Assembly: GCA_036490095.1 (NCBI GenBank)
Contig: DASXEN010000068.1
Span: 3,249-67,248 of the forward strand
Source of the DNA: Caulobacteraceae bacterium
GTDB lineage: Bacteria > Pseudomonadota > Alphaproteobacteria > Caulobacterales > Caulobacteraceae
DNA: 64,000 nucleotides
Reading direction: 5' to 3'
Shown: positions 12,990 through 21,786 of the stretch, one piece after another
How the letters are laid out: each line of letters opens with the position of its first letter
How positions within the stretch are numbered: position 1 is the stretch's first letter
Translations under genes and position numbers: made by a program
The notes under the pieces: generated by a model
Told to the model about the DNA's origin: nothing
Database searches by the model: none
What the model saw: the letters and a program-made list of their open reading frames with translations, nothing else

Positions 12990-14129
12990 TCAGGCTGCGG
13001 CAACCGGCGCTGGGTGGCGCATCTGGTGCAGCCGGTGCAGGCCGAAGAACAGCCCCGCGCCCACCACCAGAAGCGCGATGCCGATCAAGGGCCTGAACGC
13101 GATCCAGGCGAGCGCCACGACCACCAGGGTGATGGGCACGGAAATCACCACCGCCGCGAACATCGCCGCGCCCCGGGCGATCGAGCCGAGGAACGGGATC
13201 ACCGCCGCGAAGGTCGAGATCGGACCGAGGAACATCGAGAAGCCGGACACCATGGCCACGAAGCCGATGACCCGCAGCAGCCAGGTCATCGTCGACTCGC
13301 TGCCCCGCTTGGCCGCGAGCATCAGCGGGGCGGGCTGGTTGCCGTCCTTTACCATCTCGATCTGGTAGCCGTTCTTGGTCTGGAACGGCGCGAAGCCGCC
13401 GTGACTCTGGTCGGCCAGCACCGACAGCGTCGATCCGCTCGCCAGGCCGAGGTAGCTCACCTTCAGGTCGCCCGCCTTCGGCGCGTCCGGGTCGCCCTTG
13501 TAGAGCGCGCCGCCGACGGCCTGCCAGTGCTTCGGCGCGTCCGCCTGCAGTGGGCTGGTCACGTCCGCGAGCTTCAGGACGTCGGGATCGAGCGTGTACC
13601 CGCCGAGCTTGGCGTCGCTGGCGCTCCAGCGGGTGCTGGTCACCGCCATGTCCGGATTCTGGTGCCCGTCCGGATGCTTGAATTTCGACGAGTCCGGCGG
13701 GCTGGCGAGCCAGGCCTGGTCGTAGGTGTAGGTCGTGGTCGTGGTGCGGCCGCCGCCCAGGTTGTCGTGCGTGGTCTGGCGTTGTTTCTCCTCCCAGGCG
13801 TACATCTGCGCCGTTCGCCCCACGGCCACCTGGTCCTTGAACTTCACCCCGACGTCCGGATCTTCGATCGGCGTGGCCGCGGTCGCCGGTCCCACCACGT
13901 GCACCAGCTTGCCCTCGTTGGCGGGCGAGACCGCGTTGGCGCTCGCCTCGACCAGCGACTTCGAGGCGTCGCCGAGCCCGCTCAGCGCCTGCACGGCGCG
14001 GCCCTCGTTCCAGGCCAGCAGCCAGATGGCGCCGATGATCAGCAGCGGCCCCAGCAACAGCCCCGCCAGCGAGCTGCCCAGGCGCGAAAAGAAGCCTTGG
14101 GTCGTAACTTCGGTATATTGATCTGACAT
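12990..14129 (-). CDS. TMEM43 (DUF1625) family membrane protein
   Basis: Start taken at MSDQYTEVTTQGFFSRL. There is one N-terminal TM and several C-terminal TMs. WNEGRAV is a motif typical of the family. Confidence 0.7.
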   Translation of the reverse strand: MSDQYTEVTTQGFFSRLGSSLAGLLLGPLLIIGAIWLLAWNEGRAVQALSGLGDASKSLVEASANAVSPANEGKLVHVVGPATAATPIEDPDVGVKFKDQVAVGRTAQMYAWEEKQRQTTHDNLGGGRTTTTTYTYDQAWLASPPDSSKFKHPDGHQNPDMAVTSTRWSASDAKLGGYTLDPDVLKLADVTSPLQADAPKHWQAVGGALYKGDPDAPKAGDLKVSYLGLASGSTLSVLADQSHGGFAPFQTKNGYQIEMVKDGNQPAPLMLAAKRGSESTMTWLLRVIGFVAMVSGFSMFLGPISTFAAVIPFLGSIARGAAMFAAVVISVPITLVVVALAWIAFRPLIGIALLVVGAGLFFGLHRLHQMRHPAPVAAA

Positions 14130-14230
14130 GCCGCTCCCCCGAGTTCGGAGGAACAATAAGCGAACTCAAGCTGGCTCGTCCAGGGGTTTTGTCGGGCCGA
14201 CGTTGCGCGGCAGGAGCGGCCCGCACATTT

Positions 14231-14482
14231 ATTGAACCACGGAAAACACGGAGGGCACGGACGGGGAACCATACTCCGAACCCGACCTCCACGCTCCCAT
14301 GTCGTCCCGGAGAGCCCCGCCGTCAGGCGGGACTCATCCGGGATCTGCTTCCACGGCGGCGAGGAGATCCCGGACGACTCCTCCCGGATCAAGTCCGGGA
14401 GGGTCTCCGGGATGACATGGGAGGGAGTGTGAAGGGGCGGGTGGCCGCGTCCGTGCTTTCGGTGTTTTCCGTGGCCCAAAAT
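14231..14482. repeat. Gene-less inverted-repeat-bounded structured element (CACGGA-repeat termini)
   Basis: Left arm ATTGAACCACGGAAAACACGGAGGGCACGGACGGGG (14231-14266). The reverse complement of 14445-14482 matches it at 26 of 30 positions in the core. An inner 20-bp stem (14295-14314 / 14404-14423, 19 of 20) encloses three hairpins. Confidence 0.8.
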
Positions 14483-14495
14483 CCCCGGTGCGCCC

Positions 14496-16400
14496 CTAGC
14501 TCTTGCGGAAAAAGTCGAAAACCCGCTGGGCCAGCGCCTCACTCACCCCCTCCACCTTGGCGAGGTCGTCCACCGACGCCCGCGACACGCCGCGCGCCGA
14601 GCCGAAAGCGTGCAGCAAAGCCCGCTTCTTCGCCGCGCCGACGCCGTCGATCTCGTCGAGCGGGTTGCGGCGCATCTCCATCGAGCGGCGGGTGCGGTGG
14701 GTGCCGATTGCGAAGCGGTGGGCCTCGTCGCGCAGGCGCTGCAGGTAGTAGAGCACCGGGCTCTTCGGCTCGAGCATGAAGGGCGGCTTGCCAGGCAGGA
14801 AGAAGCGCTCCAGGCCGGCGTCACGGTCGGGGCCCTTGGCGACGCCGACCACGGCGATGTCGTCGACCCCGAGGTCGGCCATCACCTCCAGCGCCGCCGC
14901 CAGCTGGCCGGCCCCGCCATCGACCAGCACCAGGTCGGGCCTGGGCGGGCTCTCGCCGGCCTCCTCCTCCTTGGCGAGGCGGGCGAAACGCCGGCGCAGC
15001 ACCTCGTTCATCATCCCGTAGTCGTCGCCGGGGGTCAGCTCGGTGCTCTTGATGTTGAACTTGCGGTACTGGTTCTTCTGGAAGCCCTCCGGCCCGGCCA
15101 CGATCATCCCGCCGACCGCGTTCGTGCCCATGATGTGGCTGTTGTCGTAGACCTCGATGCGCTCGGGCGTGGTCTCCAGGGCGAAGGTCTCGCAGACGGC
15201 GGCCAGCAGCTTCGACTGGGCCGAGCTTTCGGCCATCTTGCGGCCCAGCGCCTCGCGGGCGTTGGTCAGCGCGTGGTCGACCAGCTCGCGCTTCTCGCCG
15301 CGCTGCGGGCGGGCGATCTCGATCTTGCGGCCGGCCTTCAGCGCGAACGCCTCACTGATCAGCTCGCACTCCTCGGGCGCGACGCTGACCAGGATCAGGC
15401 GCGGGATCGGCTTGTCCTCGTAGAACTGACCGAGGAAGGCGGCCATCACCTCCGGGTCGTCGTTGCTCTTGTCGACGCGCGGGAAGTAGGCGCGGTTGCC
15501 CCAGTTCTGGCCGGCGCGGAAGAAGAACACCTGCACGCAGGCCTGGCCGCCCTCGGCGTGCAGGGCGAAGACGTCGGCCTCGTCGATGGTCTCGGGATTG
15601 ACCTGGGTCTCCTGCGCCACCGACGACAGCGCCCGGATGCGGTCGCGAAGCCGAGCGGCGCGCTCGAACTCCAGGTCGTCGGCGGCGGCCTGCATGTCGC
15701 CGGCCATGCGCGCCATCACCGTCCGGCTCTTGCCGCGCAGGAAGGCCTCGGCCTCGTCGACCAGCTTGGCGTAGTCCTCCAGCGAGATCAGCCCGGTGCA
15801 GGGCGCCGAGCAGCGGCGGATCTGGTGCAGCATGCAGGGCCGCGTGCGGCTCTCGTAGACGCTGTCGGAACAGGAGCGCAGCAGGAAGGCCTTCTGCAGC
15901 GTGTTCAGCGTCCGGTTCACCGCCCAGGCGCTGGCGAACGGGCCGAAGTAATCGCCCTTGATGGCGTGGGCGCCGCGGTGCTTCTTCAGCTGCGCCGCCG
16001 GGTGCTCGCGGCGGATGACGATCTCGGGGAAGCTCTTGTCGTCCCTCAGCAGCACGTTGAAGCGCGGCTTCAGCTGCTTGATCAGGTTGATCTCTAAGAG
16101 CAGCGCGTCGGTCTCGGTGCGGACGGTGGTGAACTCCATCGACCGGGTGAGGTCGACCATCAGGGCGATGCGCTGGGTGTGGAAGCGGCCCTGGGCGTAC
16201 TGGATGACGCGCTTCTTCAGCGAGCGCGCCTTGCCGACGTAGAGCGCCTCGCGGTCCTCGCCGAACATGCGGTAGACGCCCGGCGCGTCGGGCAGGCGCC
16301 TCACCTCGTCCTTGATCAGGGCCGCGCCGACCAAGGCGGCGGGGGCGGAAACGTCGTCGGCCATGACCGCCAATATAGGCGAGTCCGCCGCGCCGCTCAC
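14496..16400 (-). CDS. uvrC: Excinuclease ABC subunit C
   Basis: 634 aa with GIY-YIG N-terminus (GVYRMF...LYVGKA), UVR domain and C-terminal HhH. An alternative start is MADDVS at 16364. Confidence 0.95.
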   Translation of the reverse strand: MSGAADSPILAVMADDVSAPAALVGAALIKDEVRRLPDAPGVYRMFGEDREALYVGKARSLKKRVIQYAQGRFHTQRIALMVDLTRSMEFTTVRTETDALLLEINLIKQLKPRFNVLLRDDKSFPEIVIRREHPAAQLKKHRGAHAIKGDYFGPFASAWAVNRTLNTLQKAFLLRSCSDSVYESRTRPCMLHQIRRCSAPCTGLISLEDYAKLVDEAEAFLRGKSRTVMARMAGDMQAAADDLEFERAARLRDRIRALSSVAQETQVNPETIDEADVFALHAEGGQACVQVFFFRAGQNWGNRAYFPRVDKSNDDPEVMAAFLGQFYEDKPIPRLILVSVAPEECELISEAFALKAGRKIEIARPQRGEKRELVDHALTNAREALGRKMAESSAQSKLLAAVCETFALETTPERIEVYDNSHIMGTNAVGGMIVAGPEGFQKNQYRKFNIKSTELTPGDDYGMMNEVLRRRFARLAKEEEAGESPPRPDLVLVDGGAGQLAAALEVMADLGVDDIAVVGVAKGPDRDAGLERFFLPGKPPFMLEPKSPVLYYLQRLRDEAHRFAIGTHRTRRSMEMRRNPLDEIDGVGAAKKRALLHAFGSARGVSRASVDDLAKVEGVSEALAQRVFDFFRKS

Positions 16401-16453
16401 CTGGGCGATGGCAGCATGCTAGCATTGCCGGCCAGCTTGAGGAGGGACAGGCC

Positions 16454-16825
16454 ATGGATGGCTGCCGGCCTTTGTTCAACGTCGCCGACGTGGGCGCGAG
16501 CCTGGCGTTCTGGCGCGACGCGCTGGGCTTCACCGAGGTGGCGCGCTTCGACTACGAGGGCCGCCTCGCCTTCGCCCGGCTGATGCGCGGCGAGACCGAG
16601 GTGATGCTGAACGGCCGCGGCGGCGACCCAGCCCCGCGCCGGGCGCGCCCCCACTACACCGAGGCGGTGTTCTACTTCCGCGTCGACGACGTCCACGCCC
16701 TGCACCGCGAGCTCCTCGCCAAGGGCCTCGCCCCCACCGAGCCGGAGCGGCAGGACTACGGCCTCGACGAGATCTACCTGCGCGACCCGGACGGCTACGA
16801 GCTGGCTTTCACCAGCCCGGTCTAG
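16454..16825 (+). CDS. VOC (glyoxalase/bleomycin-resistance) family protein
   Basis: 123 aa with a VOC-like pattern (FNVADV...FWRDALGF...LRDPDGYELAF). Confidence 0.8.
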   Translation: MDGCRPLFNVADVGASLAFWRDALGFTEVARFDYEGRLAFARLMRGETEVMLNGRGGDPAPRRARPHYTEAVFYFRVDDVHALHRELLAKGLAPTEPERQDYGLDEIYLRDPDGYELAFTSPV

Positions 16826-16839
16826 CCGGGGTCCGTCCG

Positions 16840-17037
16840 TCACCGCCGGCGCATCGCCACCATCGGGGCCGGGTCGGCGGCCATGGCGTTGGCGGCCGGG
16901 ATCACCAGCCGCTCCACCAGCGCCTCGCCGCCGTCGGCCTGCAGCCGCGCCATCGCGCCGCTCACCGTCTGGGCGGCGACGGCGGCGCCGAGGAAGACCG
17001 CGATCACCGCCACCAGGAACCAGTCCAGCCTGCGCAT
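16840..17037 (-). CDS. Small single-pass membrane protein coupled to the SPFH gene
   Basis: 65 aa with one TM (WFLVAVIAVFLGAAVAA). Its start lies 1 nt after the SPFH stop. No recognised family. Confidence 0.45.
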   Translation of the reverse strand: MRRLDWFLVAVIAVFLGAAVAAQTVSGAMARLQADGGEALVERLVIPAANAMAADPAPMVAMRRR

Positions 17038-17038
17038 C

Positions 17039-18043
17039 TCACCCCCCGATGACCGGCCCGATGTCCGGCGCTGGCGGGCGCCGCCTCGCTCCGCGCGCCC
17101 GGGTCGCCGGCGCCGCGCCGCCGGCCGAGGCTGCAGGCGCGGGCGGCGCCGTTTCCGCCACCGCCGCCGCCGGACCGCCGGCCAGGCCGGCGAGGGCCAT
17201 GACCGCGCCCGGGTTCATCGCGTCGACCATGGCGCTCGGCATCAGGATGGTGGCGCCGCGCTCCTTGGTGGTCTCGTAGATGATGTTCATGGCCCGCAGC
17301 TGCAGGGCCGCCGGGCTCCTGGCGTAGATCTCCGCCGCCTCGACGAACTTGATCGCCACCTCCTGCTCGGCCTGGCCGAGCAGGACGCGCGCCAGCCGCT
17401 CGCGCTCGGCCTGGGCCTGGCGGCTCATGGCGTCCTGCAGCGCGGCGGGCACGCTGATGTCGCGGATCTCGACGCTGAGCACGGCGATGCCCCAGTCGGC
17501 GATCTTGCGGGCGATCGCGTCGCGCAGCACCTCGTCTTCGCGCTTGCGGTCGGCCAGCAGGCTGGTCAGCAGCGACGAGCCGACCATCTCGCGCAAGGAG
17601 GTCTGCGCCACCCGGGAGATGCCGGAGCGGTAGTCGGTGATCTCCAGCGCCGCCCGCTCGGGATCGTGGATCTGCCAGAACACCACGGCGTCGATGTTCA
17701 CCGGCACCGTGTCCTTGGAGAGCGCCTGCTCGGCGTTGAACTCGGTGGTCTGGATGCGCTGGTCGAGCCAGGTGGCGACCCGGTCGATGATCGGCACGAT
17801 CCAGAACACACCCGGCCCCTTGATCGCCTGCAGCCGGCCCATGCGCAGCACGACGGCGCGCTCCCACTGGTTGGCGATCATCAGCGACTGCGGGATGAAG
17901 ACGCCGATCACCACCAGCGCGATGGCGACGCCCACCGGGATCGGCTCGTTCGGCCCCCGCGACAGCGCCACGGCGGCCAGCACGAACATCAGCAGCATCA
18001 GGAAGGTCGCCGGACGGTTTCCGGCGCCGCGATAGCGGTTCAT
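17039..18043 (-). CDS. SPFH/band 7 (stomatin-like, slipin) domain protein
   Basis: 334 aa with an N-terminal TM, an SPFH core (RAVVLRMGR...GPGVFWIVPIID...) and an Ala/Pro/Gly-rich C-terminal tail. Confidence 0.88.
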   Translation of the reverse strand: MNRYRGAGNRPATFLMLLMFVLAAVALSRGPNEPIPVGVAIALVVIGVFIPQSLMIANQWERAVVLRMGRLQAIKGPGVFWIVPIIDRVATWLDQRIQTTEFNAEQALSKDTVPVNIDAVVFWQIHDPERAALEITDYRSGISRVAQTSLREMVGSSLLTSLLADRKREDEVLRDAIARKIADWGIAVLSVEIRDISVPAALQDAMSRQAQAERERLARVLLGQAEQEVAIKFVEAAEIYARSPAALQLRAMNIIYETTKERGATILMPSAMVDAMNPGAVMALAGLAGGPAAAVAETAPPAPAASAGGAAPATRARGARRRPPAPDIGPVIGG

Positions 18044-18486
18044 GGATTGGATTCCTTGGAGGTGGTCAGGGCGGCGATGCGCTCGGCGAGGTCCAGGGGA
18101 TCGACCCCCTGCGCCTGCGCCATGGCCAGCGCCTGCCGGGCCAGGTTGTCGGTCTGGGCGGCTCGTGCGGGCGGATCGATCAGCGGCGGGGCGTCGGCGA
18201 CGAAGCTGCCGCGTCCCCGCTGCAGCCGGATCGCGCCGGCCCGCTCGAGCTCGTCATAGGCGTGACGCACGGTGTTGAGGTCGACTTTCACGGCGACCGC
18301 CACCTGGCGCATGGTCGGCATCTGGTCGCCGGGCGCCAAGACCCCCGCGCCGATGGCGCGAAGGAGCTGCTCGCGCAGCTGCACATAGATCGGCACACCG
18401 GATTCGCCGAGCTGCAGGTTGGTCAGGACGGTTTGCTGGTGTGTATGCATACTCTCATACAATACCCCACCCCGCGGCGCTGTCAA
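18040..18486 (-). CDS. GntR family (YtrA-like, short) transcriptional regulator
   Basis: 148 aa with a winged-HTH (PIYVQLREQLLRAIGAGVLAPGDQMPTMRQVAV...RGRGSFV). Its stop overlaps the SPFH ATG (ATGA). Confidence 0.85.
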   Translation of the reverse strand: MTAPRGGVLYESMHTHQQTVLTNLQLGESGVPIYVQLREQLLRAIGAGVLAPGDQMPTMRQVAVAVKVDLNTVRHAYDELERAGAIRLQRGRGSFVADAPPLIDPPARAAQTDNLARQALAMAQAQGVDPLDLAERIAALTTSKESNP

Positions 18487-18505
18487 GGTTGCCGGATACC
18501 CGCTC

Positions 18506-19141
18506 TCAAGGGGCCGCAGACGCGCCCGGAACGCAGGCGTGAAGCGCTCCCACTCCAGCGGCGGGGAAGCCAGCTTGCAGGACCTGCCATGCCGCCTGCT
18601 CTGCCGTGATCAGCGAGGTGTCGATCAGCAGGTCGGCGGGCAGCCGCTCGTGCAGGTCGAAGTGGCCAGCCACCAGGCCGGGCGTGCGATGGATGGTGCG
18701 CGCGTCCTCGCGCCGCTGAAGCTCGGCGAGCGGCGCCGTTAGCCGGACGAGCAGGGTCGGCGCGTCGGCCAGGGCGTCCTGCCAGTCTGCGAGCACCGCC
18801 TCGTCCAGCAGCATGTCGTCGACCACGACATCGACGCCGAACCGCGTCTGCGCGGCGGCGGCGCAGTGCATGCCGCGAAGCATCCGCCAGCCGGTGTCGC
18901 CGTACCCGATCCGCCGAATCGCGCCGGATTGCCCTTCGGCGCCTGACAGCCACTCGTAGCGGAACCCCTCGGACGCCAGCGCGCCCTGTCCGCCCCATCG
19001 GTCCGGCACGCTGGCGAACAGGCCATCCAGGGACACGCTCACAAACGGGGTGGGCGAAGCGGCCTGGAGGGCTTTCGTCAGCGTCGACTTTCCAGCACAG
19101 GAGGGTCCGACGATCAGGACCACCCGTCCTTGCTCCGCCAT
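18506..19141 (-). CDS. Chloramphenicol-phosphotransferase-like (CPT family) P-loop kinase
   Basis: Start at MAEQGRVVLIVGPSCAGKSTL (Walker A). Overall CPT-like layout. Confidence 0.65.
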   Translation of the reverse strand: MAEQGRVVLIVGPSCAGKSTLTKALQAASPTPFVSVSLDGLFASVPDRWGGQGALASEGFRYEWLSGAEGQSGAIRRIGYGDTGWRMLRGMHCAAAAQTRFGVDVVVDDMLLDEAVLADWQDALADAPTLLVRLTAPLAELQRREDARTIHRTPGLVAGHFDLHERLPADLLIDTSLITAEQAAWQVLQAGFPAAGVGALHACVPGASAAP

Positions 19142-19269
19142 CGCAGTCCCCGCTTCCCGCGCCAGCCCGATCGTAAGCCAGGTGGGTGGGCGTGTCTGCA
19201 AATGGGCCGGGTTCGCCTTGGCTCCTCTCCGCAGCCCGACATGCAGCTGCCTGGCCGCGATCGAAGCGC

Positions 19270-19797
19270 TTATGGCGTCGCCGAATAGACGACGTGGCGG
19301 CGCAGGGGATGATCGGTGGCGAGCGCCGGGTGGTCGAAGTCGCGGGCCGCGTCCCGCCGCATGCCGATGCGCTCCATGACGGCGCGGGAGCGGGCGTTGG
19401 TTTCGGCGGTGAAGGCGAGGATTTCCGCCAGCGCGAGGTCGCCGAACCCGAAGGCGAGCAGGGCGCGGGCGGCCTCGGACGCGTAGCCGTGGCCCCAGGC
19501 CGGGCGGGCGAGCCGCCAGCCGATCTCATGGCCGGGGGCGACGGGTAGTCTCGGATTGACCGCCATCAGCTCGGCGGCCCCGACGAACACGGCGTCGGAG
19601 CGGCGCTCCACGGCGAAGAGTCCGTAGCCGTTCGCCCCCAGCTCGGCGTCGAGCCGGTCGATCGAAGCAAGCGCGGCCTCGCGCGCCGGCGCCGACCCGA
19701 GCCAATAGTTGACCTCAGGATCGGTCATCATCGCCGCGTAGGGCTCGCGGTCGTCCGGCCGCCAGCGGCGGAGGATCAGGCGCTCGGTGGTGATCAT
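19270..19797 (-). CDS. GNAT family N-acetyltransferase (RimJ/RimL-like)
   Basis: Start at MITTERLILRRWRPDD, which is typical of RimJ-like GNATs. The GHGYASEAARALL acetyl-CoA region is present. Confidence 0.82.
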   Translation of the reverse strand: MITTERLILRRWRPDDREPYAAMMTDPEVNYWLGSAPAREAALASIDRLDAELGANGYGLFAVERRSDAVFVGAAELMAVNPRLPVAPGHEIGWRLARPAWGHGYASEAARALLAFGFGDLALAEILAFTAETNARSRAVMERIGMRRDAARDFDHPALATDHPLRRHVVYSATP

Positions 19798-19958
19798 GGG
19801 CGCATCTCTCCCGTCCCTTGACGGCCACGGCAAGGGTAGGTGAGGCTCGGGGTTGAGGCGGTGGCGCATGGCTGAGACGCTCGATGATCCACGACGGTCG
19901 CTCGCGGCGGCCTACGACGCCGCGGCCGACGGGGAATCGCTCCCTGATCGTTCGCGGC

Positions 19959-20711
19959 TCAGGTCGTCGAGGTGATCGGCGCGACGGTCATGATGTAGTT
20001 CACGTCCGCGTCGGCGGAGCGGGACCAGCGGCCGGACAGCGGATCGAAGGCGACGCCGAACGGGCCGTCGACCGCGTAGGGCTCGCCGGACAGGAAGCCG
20101 CGGATCTCGTCCGGCCGCAGGAAGCGGCGCCAGTCGTGCGTGCCAGCCGGCACCCAGCGCAGCAGGTACTCGGCGGCGACCTTGCCGAGCGCCAGGGCCT
20201 TGAGGGTGCGGTTGAGGGTGGCGAGGATCATCAGCCCGCCGGGGGCGATCAGCCGGGCGGTGTCGCGCAGGTACTGGCCGGGGTCGGCGACATGCTCGAT
20301 CACCTCCATGTTCAGCACCACGTCGAACGGGCCGGCGCCTTCGCCCAGCAGCGCTTCGGCGGTGGCGCAGCGGTAGTCGATGGCGAGCCCCACCGCGGCG
20401 GCGTGCGCCCGCGCCGTGCCGACGTTGCGCTCGGCCGCATCGGCGCCGGTGACCGCGAAGCCCAGCCGCGCCATCGGCTCGCTGAGGAGGCCGCCGCCGC
20501 AGCCGATGTCGAGCAGGCTCAAGTCCGCGAACGGCCGCCGCGCCGCCGGATCGCGCCCGAACCGCGCCAGCGCCTGCTCGCGGATGAAGGCGAGCCGCAC
20601 CGGGTTGAACCGATGCAGCGGCGCGAACTTGCCGCGCGGATCCCACCACTCGGCCGCAATCGCCGCGAACTTGGCGACCTCGTCGGCGTCGATGCTGGTG
20701 GCTTGGCTCAT
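19959..20711 (-). CDS. ubiG: Bifunctional 3-demethylubiquinol / 2-polyprenyl-6-hydroxyphenol O-methyltransferase UbiG
   Basis: Start at [40 protein letters not shown] motif [13 protein letters not shown]. Confidence 0.9.
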   Translation of the reverse strand: MSQATSIDADEVAKFAAIAAEWWDPRGKFAPLHRFNPVRLAFIREQALARFGRDPAARRPFADLSLLDIGCGGGLLSEPMARLGFAVTGADAAERNVGTARAHAAAVGLAIDYRCATAEALLGEGAGPFDVVLNMEVIEHVADPGQYLRDTARLIAPGGLMILATLNRTLKALALGKVAAEYLLRWVPAGTHDWRRFLRPDEIRGFLSGEPYAVDGPFGVAFDPLSGRWSRSADADVNYIMTVAPITSTT

Positions 20712-20743
20712 CGACGGCGTGCTGGACCCGCCGGCCTCGGGCG

Positions 20744-21127
20744 TCAACGGATCAGCGTGACTGCGACGCCGAGATCGAGCGACGCCCAACGGCGGTCGGC
20801 CGTGAGCGCGGGCGCGGCGACCGCCTTCGCCAACGCCAGGCAGAAGGCGTCGCCAAGCGAGACGCCCTGGCGCCGACTCCTCGCATGCAGCAGGCCGGCG
20901 AGGGCCGCCTGCCGCTCGTCGACGGGGGCGACTTCGACGTCGAAGCTGTGCACGGCCGCAATCGCGTCATGTTCGGCGATGCCGCGCACAACGAGCTTAC
21001 TGATCGCCTCCGCGACGTTGACCGCCGACATGACCGCGTCGCCCATTGCGCCTAGCGTCACGTCGGCGCCCGGCTCGCCGTAGAGCACCGCCAACAGCGC
21101 GGAAGCGTCAATCACCGCCTTCGGCAT
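20744..21127 (-). CDS. vapC: Type II toxin VapC (PIN domain ribonuclease)
   Basis: PIN acidic residues in context ([27 protein letters not shown]). It overlaps the upstream antitoxin-like ORF. The start could also be 21136. Confidence 0.85.
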   Translation of the reverse strand: MPKAVIDASALLAVLYGEPGADVTLGAMGDAVMSAVNVAEAISKLVVRGIAEHDAIAAVHSFDVEVAPVDERQAALAGLLHARSRRQGVSLGDAFCLALAKAVAAPALTADRRWASLDLGVAVTLIR

Positions 21128-21656
21128 CGGCATCATCCTCCCCCCACATGGCGCGGCGTCCGGCGATGAATTCGTCAACTACACTGCGCCCCGGCGATAT
21201 GTGCTTGCGAACCAGGGCCTGGGCATCGGCGAGGGCGGTGTCGCCGCTGACGATTTCGAGCCGCCCTTCCTTGAAGGTCGCAAACACGCGGCGGCCCATG
21301 GTCAGTTGCAGCGCCTCCGCGACCTCCCTCGGGAGCAGCAGCGAACCGTCCGAGCGGGGCTTGAGCCAGTAGACACCCTGGCTGCGGCGGTCGACCCATT
21401 CGGCCTCGTTTTCGTCCCGCTCGAAGGCGCGCGGTCCCTCCCGCACCCCGCTGAGGTCAGCCTTGCCGAGCACGTACCCGCCGCCGCCGCTCTGCGCGTC
21501 GCCCTCCAGCACGTTGCGCACGTGCTGGTAGCGCTTGCCGAGGAAGCGGGCGATCTCGGCGCGCGGCACGCCCTCGCCGGCGAGCGCCCGGATCTTGTCG
21601 GCGACGGTCGCGTGCGGGGCGGCGATCCGCGCCAGTCGTTCGGTGTCGTCAGGCAT
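21108..21656 (-). CDS. Two-domain VapB-like antitoxin (N-terminal HTH-like region plus C-terminal AbrB/SpoVT-like swapped-hairpin domain)
   Basis: 182 aa. The C-terminal part (LLLPREVAEALQLTMGRRVFATFKEGRLEIV ... DEFIAGRRAMWGED) looks like AbrB/MazE-type VapB. The N-terminal 55 aa (IRALAGEGVPRAEIARFLGKRYQHVRNVL) looks like an extra HTH. It overlaps vapC. Confidence 0.7.
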   Translation of the reverse strand: MPDDTERLARIAAPHATVADKIRALAGEGVPRAEIARFLGKRYQHVRNVLEGDAQSGGGGYVLGKADLSGVREGPRAFERDENEAEWVDRRSQGVYWLKPRSDGSLLLPREVAEALQLTMGRRVFATFKEGRLEIVSGDTALADAQALVRKHISPGRSVVDEFIAGRRAMWGEDDADAEGGD

Positions 21657-21675
21657 AGCCCGACTCCTCGGTTAG

Positions 21676-21695
21676 GCAGGTAGGCAGTCAGGTAG
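21676..21695 (-). promoter_or_regulatory. Candidate TA operator: direct repeat CAGGTAGG x2
   Basis: CAGGTAGG occurs at 21676-21683 and 21688-21695 (12-nt period), 20-40 nt upstream of the antitoxin start codon. Confidence 0.3.
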
Positions 21696-21786
21696 GAAGC
21701 GCAGGCGAGCCCGTCAACCTTGTTCCGCCGCATCGGCGTCGCTAGAAGGGCCGCCTTCGCTGTTCCAACCGCGCGACCTTCAGCCC

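Noticed and set aside
14189-14779. ORFs across the structured element (14189-14779, 14232-14432, 14039-14542).
   Set aside because: The peptides are His/Gly/Arg/Pro repeat translations of the CACGGA arms and hairpins, or shadow frames of uvrC. The nested inverted repeats explain the sequence better than coding does.
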